This document shows, one piece after another, positions 54,261 to 64,000 of a stretch of 64,000 nucleotides of DNA. Within the stretch, counting starts at the first letter, position 1, and each line of letters starts with the position of its first letter. The position numbers were made by a program, and so were the translations under genes. The notes under the pieces are model-generated. The model saw nothing but the letters and a program-made list of their open reading frames with translations, was not told the DNA's origin and made no database searches. Origin of the DNA: Schmidtea polychroa. Taxonomy: Eukaryota. The stretch covers positions 236,222,001-236,286,000 of the forward strand of contig CM097885.1 of assembly GCA_044892525.1 (NCBI GenBank), in the 5' to 3' direction.

Positions 54261-55798
54261 TGTTGGGCTGAAGCCGAGAACTGAGAGTTTGTTTTAATCG
54301 ATCGAAAATACCTAACACAAAAACCGCAAAGTTGAAAAATTTATGACCAAGGTTTAATTTAAAATAAATAAAATAAATTACATCACACATTAAGAATCAA
54401 TAAACCTCGTATAATAGAATAAAGAGATAAATAAATTTAACAGAAAATTCAACACTTAAGAATTTAAATAGAAAAATAATAAAATAGAATTAGTTAAAAA
54501 TTATTTAAACAATATAAAAATTAAATCGTCAAAAATAATAAAATTAGTTAGCATTATGTAAATTGTAAAGTTTATAGAATTAAATGGTTATGTAACTTAT
54601 TAAATTTAAAGAATAAAAATGTTTAAATTAATAAAAATTAATATAACTCAAATTATTTAAATTATAAAATTTATAAAATTAAAATTAATAAAAATTAAAT
54701 AAGAAATTAATTAAATTTATTGAATTAAAACAAACAATTGCACACACTCATGCATGTATGCAAGACTAATTAAAAATTTCTCGCACTCTGATTGGATAGA
54801 GTGGCAGCAAATGCATGAAAAATCAGTATAAATACTGATCACCAATTCATTTAAAGAAACCTTTTTTTCTCTAACATCAAAATTTAGTTGCAGACAGTGA
54901 AGCTCTCGGTTTTCGATTTTATGCCAACGTGGATTTGGTAATTTATTTTTTATTGTTGTAGTAATTTTACGAGATGATTTAATTTAATATGCAATAAAAT
55001 TTTTAGTTAAATTTTCTGTTGTTATTTTTCTTTTAATTGTTTAATTTCATTTAGTTGTAGATATGAAATAATAATTTTTTTTTGTGTTCAATTTTTATAC
55101 TAACTGATTACGAACGTTAGTACCGCTGAATTGAGATTCAGCATATCATGGTTTGAGGTACCTTCGGGATGCTCAGACTGGTGGGTATGCTGGTTTTTCA
55201 ATCGCGCAGCTGGATTGGGCCGGAATGTGGGGGCTTCCTCACGGGTCCTATCGCTGGAAGTACTGTGGTCAAATGTAGGTTAGGACTGAGAATACAGGCA
55301 GATCCCTGCTCAAACTTTTTGAAGTATAACGTAAATATTATGGGAAGCGTGGATTAACTTGAAAATAAGGGCCAATCCCTGCTCAAATTTTTCAAAGGAT
55401 AATTTAGATATTGTAGGAAGTGTAGAACAATAATTATTAGCTGGAAAATAAGGGCGGATCCCTGCACAAAATTTTATGAGAGAACAATTAGAAATACCCG
55501 TAATTGAGGACCAACAACGATCCAAAAACAGTATACATAGCGAATAATGACGTAAGACCTTCTATCGGCAGTCTAGAACCCGAAAAGAAAATACAATGGG
55601 GAGTAGTTTTAGTAATAGAGCTCACCTGCTCATTGTTTTTTTCACCTTTGTGTACAGTACCAACATGGTCGTCGCCATGGGTACACAAATGGTTTAAATT
55701 GCAATAGTCATGGAGGTGCTTAGGAAAGAGTCGAACGATTATGATTACCCCTAACGTATTTTAAAATGTAAAAATGACACACCCCTAAGTAACCAACA
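54261..55798 (+). mobile_element. Solo LTR (TGTTGGGCT family) nested in opposite orientation in the giant element
   Basis: TGTTGG...CCAACA; 4-bp TSD GTAT; ATTGG 54791, TATAAA 54827, AATAAA 54993; carries both structured motifs. Confidence 0.85.
55549..55756 (+). ncRNA. Conserved structured RNA motif, copy E
   Basis: GACGTAAGACCTTCTATCGGCAGTC; ACAATGGG/CTCATTGT; GAGTA-GTTTTA gtaa TAGAGC-TCACCTG; TTTGTGTAC/GTACACAAA enclosing ACCAA-CATGG/CCATG. Confidence 0.72.
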
Positions 55799-56902
55799 GT
55801 ATTTAGGTTTTTGTTGTTTTTTCCTTTAACTACTATTGTTTATTTGGTGTAGTTTTAATATTTAGCTATACTTCTTGCTTTTGCATGTTGTGTACTTACC
55901 CATTTCGGTCATAATTAGAAGTTTGGGTCTAGAAATCAGTTCTAGCCCAACACAACTTTCTTCCCCCTTAGAAAAATTCTCTACTTGGTAAAAAAATATT
56001 TTTGCCCCCCCCCCTTGGAAAAATAACGTCCATGCTTCAGACAAAGTTTCAAATGATCGGAAACAAATTTTGGATTTGCGATTGCTAAAGATTTATTATA
56101 CCATTTTGTTGCAAATTGCAATGATTTTTTATATTCTTCTTTTTCTTCGGAAGAGGCAGGAGGTTTGTATTGCATTACATTGTCAAACCGAAAGATTTCA
56201 CCGATCGGTCGACAATGTGCTTATATCAATCTCAACATGAAAATAATATAAACATTACAAGCTTTGAAATACCCAGTGAAAATCCCAATAGTAGACTAGC
56301 TTCGAACTTTTGGCTCTCATCAGTACTATGCAGGAGACGCGAAGATTTCTCTTGGAGCCAATTAAGTATTCAATATTGCTGATTCAACTCTATTGCATAC
56401 TTTACCTGCTACACTGGAAATCACATCACTTGCAAATTAGCTAAATCACAGAAAAAAATATCTGCAAACTTGTAAATATGGCGTATGAAAAATCATATCA
56501 CACCGTCATACACAGAAACTGTTTACAAGTGCATCCGTAAACCTTAGCATTTTAACTTGTAATGGAGTAAAATATATATTTTTTTACGGATGTCTAACAA
56601 TAAAATAAGATAAACATGACAAGCTTTGTGATACATATACTTTGACATGTTTAATGATCTTTGAAATACTATCCGAATCTTTTGTCGTTATCCTCGACTT
56701 AATTATTGCCAATAATATTGAAACTGTACTGACTTTCAAAATGAGCCAATAAGAAATTTATATATTAAAAAATATATTTAACTTTAATTTAAAAGTAACA
56801 ACATGAAAACTTGTTAATGATTATATCTATTTCATGATTAACGCAAATATAAATATTAAAGAACTATATATTTATTATCTTTCAAAAAACAATTAATTTA
56901 AT

Positions 56903-57714
56903 CTAAAAATTATCTTTAAGTTTCCTTAAAATCTCCATTACTTTAACAGAATTATCTACTTTACACGATTCCTTTACTTCTGGTTGTTCAACACGCATGA
57001 AAGGATTTGTTAATAATTCTTCTTTTATTGTAGATGGAACTGTAAAATCACCATTAGAAATTTGATTTTGTGCCCATTTCAACTTTTTTACAATATTTTC
57101 ATTGTTAGGTTCTATAGTAAGAGCAAATTGTAAATTCTTGACTGTATATTCATGCCCACAATAAATTTTCGTTGTATTTGGTAAAACTGCTAATATTTCA
57201 ATCAATGCATGAAACATCTGAACAGGAGTTCCTTCAAAGAATCTACCACACCCAGCAATAAATAATGTATCTCCAGTAAAAACAGCACAGTCTTGGGTAT
57301 GTTTTGCCAAATAACATACATGGCCAGTCGTATGGCATGGAGTAAACAAACATTCGATTTCAATATTTCCAATATTTATTATATCTTTATGAGAAACCTT
57401 TTTATTTAATGAGTCAATCCTATCATCTCCTCCAACAACTATTACATTATTTTTAAGTAAAGATGTGAGAGCTTTATTACCACCAGCATGATCCCAGTGA
57501 TGATGAGTTGTTAAAATATGGGTAATAGACAACTTTCGTGACTGAGCAAAGTCAACTATTTTTTGTGGTTCAACTGGATCAATTGCAGCACATTCCTTGA
57601 AACAATTTTATTTAATTATTATATAATAAAAACAACAAGGCTAACATTAGTAATTTTATCCAATAATATGTACATAAAATTGTCACTCAATGCTTTAAAA
57701 ACAATGATATCCAT
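56903..57714 (-). CDS. HAGH: Hydroxyacylglutathione hydrolase (glyoxalase II); exons 57714-57646 and 57595-56903, 253 aa
   Basis: THHHWDHAGGN, TPCHTTGH, FTGDTLF.AGCGRFFEG, CGHEYT motifs; a 50-nt GT-AG intron joins MDIIVFKALSDNFMYIL to ECAAIDPVEP. Confidence 0.95.
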
Positions 57715-58120
57715 AAAAATTCTAAAGATAATTTTAAAAATTGAATTTCAACAATTATATTAAATTATGTTAAAACAAATATTAATATTTAATTATTTAA
57801 AATTTGTAAGTTTGAATTTAGTCATTAAAGTACAACTATAAGGAATATTTTTGTAAACAAAATCAAATTATATAAAACAACACTTAGAAAGTTGGTCATA
57901 ATAAATGAGCAAGGCAGTTTTAAAAAACATGTCAAGTTTTACATATATATTTTCATAGGTAAAACTCAGAAAAATTTAGTTTTATTTCACTGCTTCGAAA
58001 GCCACATGTAACCGCTTAAATTTCAGTTACAAACAATGAAAACCAGGTAACTCAAAGTAATTAAGCCACATTTAGAAAAGGGTTGTTGGCTTACTTTAAG
58101 TCACCATACCTTCACAATCG

Positions 58121-59248
58121 TGTTGGGCTCGAAGCCATAAAACTGAAATAAGGTTGTGATAATCAAAACGGCGATGAGTCGTTAAAAAATGCTGTCGTCT
58201 ACAAAAAACTTAAAAATTGAGACATAATATTAAGGAAATTAAGCGAAATAGCTAAGGGTAAAAGAAAATTGAATAATTAATAAAGGAAAACAATAATATA
58301 AAAATCAGCATCAAGAAACCAAAAATTAATAATCTACAAACCCAAATTAGTTAACCACAGCAAACAAATATAAGAAAATAACTAAATGAGATAACAACAT
58401 AATAGCAGAGAATTAAAATAAATAAGAAAAAGGGGGAAAATCAACATTAAAACGCGAGATGAAAACAAAAGAAATTAAAATAACCAACTATACATAGAAT
58501 CATCAATAAAAACCCGCCAAAAAATAGGAAAAAATAAAAATTAAATAATAGAATAAAATAATAAATTAAAACAAATAAACAAACCAGGAAAAAACAAATA
58601 AAAATCCATAAAAATAAGAAAATAATAGAAAATACACGCTAACTAAGTCCTGATTGGACGAAAAATACTATATAAGGCGGTCGGTTTGATTAGTCGCTTA
58701 ACTTCAAAAATTGTTCGACAGGACATAACCGGGAACTCAAAACAGACTACTAAAAATTTACCAACAGGATAAAAACTTCAAAAAATTCGTCAACATACTT
58801 AAACGGGAATCCAAGATAAAACTTCTAAAAACCGTCAACAGGAAAACAATCATAATAATTAAAGCGAGCAAGAGCTCTGAAAATTCTAAGTAGAATCTTA
58901 AGAGAACATTTCACTATATCACGAATTGAACGACACAGGAGGAAATTATCACAGCCTTATTCAGAATTGCGACATCATTAGATTGAAAAAGTAATTAAAT
59001 TTTATTTTATAATTTAGTATGAACCATTAAAACATTTTTAAAATTTATTGAACAAAATATTATTATTTGGCATATGTTTCAATTTTCTCTTCACGGGGCT
59101 CCTGATGACGATACTGCTTGGACGGCTGTGCATGATCTCCGATTACCTGACACCGAAGGGAGAAATCTTCATGAACTCCGAGTAAATTTGAATTTTCGAG
59201 CGGGACTGAAATGATGTCCGTAGGCGATGTTCGAAATTCTTCCAGACA
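58121..59248 (+). mobile_element. Probable solo LTR (TGTTGGGCT family)
   Basis: TGTTGGGCTCGAAGCC start like 54261; ATTGG 58653, TATATAA 58669; candidate end CCAGACA; flank ATCG recurs 2 nt downstream (imperfect TSD). Confidence 0.6.
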
Positions 59249-59311
59249 TTATCGATGTGGTGTGAAGTGAATTTGAACGCCATGAGTGGGTCGATAGATA
59301 TATTCGGGAAA

Positions 59312-59530
59312 GTAGTGTATATAATGGGAACACCGGCTCACCCCACCCATCTAAGGTATTTACTAATTTTTCAATTTTTATATTTAATAATTTTTAACAT
59401 TGAAGTAGCGTGGGGTTTAGAATTGGAACACCCAACTTCAAATCTAAAATTTATTTAATCTAAGCATTGAAGGTGTGGTGATGTCTAAAATAGGTGAGGG
59501 TAAGTCGGTGTTCCCATTATATACACTACT
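59312..59530. repeat. MITE-like inverted repeat
   Basis: GTAGTGTATATAATGGGAACACCG ... CGGTGTTCCCATTATATACACTAC. Confidence 0.75.
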
Positions 59531-60980
59531 AGACTTTAACATATAACAATATAAAAATTGAGAAATATAAAAATTGAAAAATATAAAAATTTCTAAGAGA
59601 TGTCGTTGACTAATTACCTTACAAATTTGTACAGGTACTAAATCGAGTATGCTGATCAATATTTCGTTTAAAAAAATTTGAAAAAAGTGACCGAAATGGG
59701 TTTTGAACCCATTGGTATTGACAATGGTATCAACAACTAAGCTATTACTGTTATATATAGTAAAAAATAACTTGTTATTGTGTGAATATTTATTGATAAA
59801 ATTAATAATTAATTATTTTTTTTATTTGTAATCTTGATCTCTTGTAATTTAAAGAATAAAAAAATTTATGATATAGTAAAACTGCTCTGAGAGGACAGTG
59901 GTATTTGTTTTTCTACACTGTCCTCTCAACAGTTTTTTTTGATCCGGATCATTTTTTTATTTATCAATTTAAACCTCTTTCTTTTATCGAATCTCTTCCA
60001 ATATACAAGCTGACCAGACTCATACATCAGAATCAATTCGATAGTTTTAATGCATCTCAATGGTGTTATTATCAGCATTACCGAAAGTACAAATGAATTC
60101 GAAAGCGAATCTGAAAGAGGAAACCAAAGACAAATACGTCGACTCGAACGGGGATCGACCCCAAGGGTGTACGAAAGACTGGTGCCGGTAGTTCCCGGTT
60201 CGCCAACCACACCCATTTCAATAAAATATTTTTTCATATTTATATTTAAAAATTAATTAATTAATAAAAAAATAAAATATACAAGATGTATTTTCTAAGA
60301 TACCCACACTATATATTTTTTTAATATTTATTTTCAATATTATTTTCAAATTTTTAATATTATTTTATGTTGAAAAAAACTAATTTCGGTTGGGATAGGT
60401 ATCCACTATCCATTTGAACCACTGTGCTAGTCTATTCCCACTGAGCCAGCAATCTTGTTTTTAAAATTTATTTTTTCCCATTAAACACAGAAAAATAAAT
60501 ATTCTACTTAAAAACTTAAAGTAGTAGAATATTATGAAAATAATATTTATAATATTATTTTGTGTTGAAAAAAATAGTTTAACTTGGGATTCGAAACGCT
60601 GCCTATTCTTTTTTATTTACTGATTGAGTCTATTTAAACATTTATTAAATATAACAAATTTGAATATTGTTTTTAACAGATAATCAGCTCTACATGGAGT
60701 TGTCCAGAAGGAAATATTCACATATTAGCTTCATCTGCTGGAATCTCTGATCAATTTCATCGGATTTCATCATTCGGCATTGCGACTTGTCTTTGGTAAA
60801 TTGAAGTTCTAAATTAATAAATTTGCTCTTTCGCAGAATATTTATCTCTAAAAAATGACAGTTTCTCTAATAAATAGTTTATTTTTTTTTAAATGTAATT
60901 AAAAATTTAGTTTGTTTAAATAATCAAATTAATAAAAGTTTTAAATTTAATTATTTTTCTAAGTTGAAAACCAATTTATT

Positions 60981-63900
60981 TTAATTATGCAAAGTTTGGT
61001 ACTTTCCATTACTATGAAAATACCAAATCTTTGCTGAGTGTGCAATGTTACTTATTGCGCATTCCTTCATCAAACCTTTGATTTTTGTTTGTGGAATTTC
61101 CATTTTTAATAAAAGATCAGAAGTTTTTGGTTCAATTGATCCCAAGGAACCCATGATGCATGTAAACAATTCAACCTTGTAATCAGGTTTAACTGTTTGT
61201 ATATCTGTTTTTAATTTATCATATTTTTCTAAATTTAATTTGTCGACTCGCTCAAAATTAATTACAGAATCAATTGGACATTTCATGTCCACTAGTAGAA
61301 TCGTTTTTTTCTCGGTATTGGTTATTAAAAGATCAACCGTTCGTTGGAAGTCGGTACAAGAAAACATTTATGATCAGTGACAACCAAGAGTTCAGGATTT
61401 TTAAGCGCATCTTTAATTTTTTCCAAGCAAGCATTATGTCGATTAGTTGTTAATGATTGATTGATTCTACAAGTTTGGAGTACATGTAAAATTGTCTCAT
61501 CTTCAGATTTACACCCACGACAAAGGTGGTCTTCGCCAGTTTTATGTGGCTTCGCAAATGTAGAGAGTGTATTTGTTCGAGCTCGATGAATGAAATTCCA
61601 TTCAAAGTCTGTCAAGTCACTACGGAAAATTAGTTTGTTGACAAATGGATAAAGTTTGAGAGCAGATACAATGAGATTACTTTGATTACTCTTCTCCCAC
61701 TTTTCGAGATACAAATCTTGAAGAGCAGAATGGAGAATCTTTGATAGTGCTTTTCTTAATTTTGGTAATAATATGCGAGTGCCAGTTAATGAAGTAGTGA
61801 TTAAACTCGATTAAAATATGCAATTGATGCACGCAATCGTTAGAAGCGAGTTTTACTACCACTATGATTTAATTTGCTTTCTTTTCCATTAACCCATTCC
61901 AAGCTTTGACTGAGAGTTGGTTCTTCGATTCCGAGTCTTGGACTTGTCACAGACAAGAGTGAAAAAGTGTTTATTGTTTTTGAGTAGTCGCAAGTTGATG
62001 TTAGTAAACGGTAGAAGTAAACAATCGACTGTGTGTGATACTCATCAAGAAGGTCAATATAGCCAGCTCCACCATTTTCAGTGGCATTATAGAAATAACT
62101 TATTTCAGAGTGGTTTGGTAAATTTAATATTTTCCTCAAATGGCTCCTCAATTGGCTGGTATTATTTACATTTATCCTTGAGTTACTACTAGGTGCTGTT
62201 AATGAACTAGTTTTAATTTCCCTAGTTCTAAATGGGAAAATAAGGCACGAATGCAGGAAGATTTTATAAGCTTTGAGCTTTTGCCAGCCATAAAGATCAG
62301 AGTTTGCAATCTTTTTAGTAACTTCAATGACTTGGCTGACGATTTCATAGGGACTTTGGTCATTATTATCCCCTATTGGCACTCCTAAGTATTGGTAAAA
62401 TTCATTAGCGGCAAGTTGTTTAATTAAATCATTGTTGACAACAATTTCACTGACCGTTTCTAGTTTTGGGTATTGTATATATGCACATTTTTCAGGGCGA
62501 TATTCAAATCCAATATTATTGGCAGTTCTTACAGCTACGTCAATTAACTTTTGAATGTCAGTTGAGCTAGTTGCAATAAGTGCAATGTCATCAGCATAAG
62601 CTAACACCTGTACTCGAGAAGAGCCTATAATAAAAGGTGTAATGTTAGATGCGGTAATAGCTTCAAGTACCGGATTAATAGCTATTGCAAACAGAATCAT
62701 AGAGATCGGATAGCCCTGTTTTACACCTTTCTTTATTGGAATATTCGGTGTCTGCATTTTGTTGCAGTGATAAAAAGAGCTCGTATCAGTATAAAGTAAT
62801 TTCAGGATATTCACAAAGTTTTTATCAACGTTCATATGTCTTAACAATGTCCACATGTATTCGTGTGGAACACTTCCAAAAGCGTCTTTGATGTCAAGCC
62901 AGGCTATTGCCAAAGGTGAACATTTACTATATTTTGAATGCTCGACAATCGCAGAGAGAATTGAGTTGTGTTCAATACATCCTTCGTATTTTGGCCAATA
63001 TGCAGCAGATTATTTGCTTTAATCCATAAACTAAGACGAACTGCAAGAACTGAAGCGAAAACTTTGTAAATCACTGACAGTAAAGCGATTGGTCGCCAAG
63101 AAGATACTTTATGGTATTGGTCATTTTTATCAGGTTTCGGAATTAATATTGTTTTAAAAGTTTTCCAACTTGAATGGATAGATTTCAGTTGAATGATTTT
63201 GTTGAAAAGTAACGCTAGAAGCTTACAATCTGGATCGAGTAACAGAAGATCTTTATAATATACATTATCAAGTCCCGGCGTAGAATTATCAGCTTCCTGA
63301 AAATTGGAAAGAATTTCCATTGGCGTAGTAATTTCTAATTCAAGTAAGCTTTTCGAGATTTTACTAAACTTTAAAACGTTGTTCCAACTTCCAGGTAAAG
63401 TATCTTGATGAGTGAAGGTGTTTATAATTTCCTGAAATGGTGGTTCAGCTTTTTCGCTATGATTACCTAAAAATCTGTTTACAGTCTTTTTCATATTTTT
63501 CAGAAATTCAGTAGAATTGTTGAATTTTTTAGGTTTATTGTGATTTTTCCCAAGATATGGCTCTCGAAATTCTTGATCCTGCAAATTTTCTAGACGAGGG
63601 ATATTTGCCAGAATAGTAGATATAATTTCATCAACAATAAAGTTAGACAATGTAGTTAAAAGGTCATCAATTCTATCTTTGCGCTGCTTCGAAGTTAGTT
63701 TCAAAGAATTAGCAATTTTCAATTTTCCACGTCTCTCAATTTTGACAATGTCATTATTATCAACTATTGGAACTAGTGAGTTGACTATTTCAGAAATTTC
63801 AGTCAAGTTAATATTTTCAAGAGATTTATCTTGAGTGTAGTTTCTGATAAATGCACAACTTAATATTTTGCTAAATAAACCAGAACCTCTTATATCATGT

Positions 63901-64000
63901 TGGCAGTGACCAATTGTCATTGCCCGCCCTTTACTTTGTCTTAGCTCATTAATTTTGAGCACAATGTTATAAGAGAAAGCTTGAGAAAACACGTTCAAGT
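60981..64000 (-). mobile_element. RLE-encoding non-LTR retrotransposon (NeSL/Utopia-like), frameshifted, runs off the window
   Basis: WRPIALLSVIYK, AWLDIKDAFGSVPH, GVKQG.P.S, LAYADD, YLGVPIG, CCHC CRGC...ETILHVLQTC, RHN, D...VDMKCP...K..KY endonuclease. Confidence 0.92.

Noticed and set aside
59102..59160. CTGATGA as a hammerhead core (also 6689-6695)
   Set aside because: No stem II followed by GAAA and a cleavage triplet in the required geometry

Overview
Very AT-rich, repeat-dominated eukaryotic (most likely invertebrate animal) genomic DNA with 38-50 nt spliceosomal introns; the species cannot be determined from the window. Host genes: an intronless, divergent 26S proteasome ATPase Rpt1/PSMC2, a glyoxalase II (HAGH, 2 exons), a divergent TBP-like factor (TRF2/TLF type) with a near-identical partial duplicate, and a probable TNFAIP8-like remnant. 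Mobile DNA: a Penelope element with inverted pseudo-LTRs carrying a minimal hammerhead, a degenerate Ty3/gypsy element, an RLE-type (NeSL/Utopia-like) non-LTR element, several hAT elements with 8-bp TSDs, mariner/Tigger/MULE/Chapaev-like remnants, and a 28S rRNA fragment between 15-bp direct repeats. Most notable: a family of TGTTG...CA elements with 4-bp TSDs, probably solo LTRs of about 1 to 5.7 kb. They lack gag/pol. The larger ones carry their own promoter, spliced small genes (a coiled-coil 'EGxWFSP' family in 3 copies; an AT-hook protein) and end in a ~210-230 nt RNA structure that is present in 6 diverged copies with compensatory base changes. All alignments and folds were done by eye.
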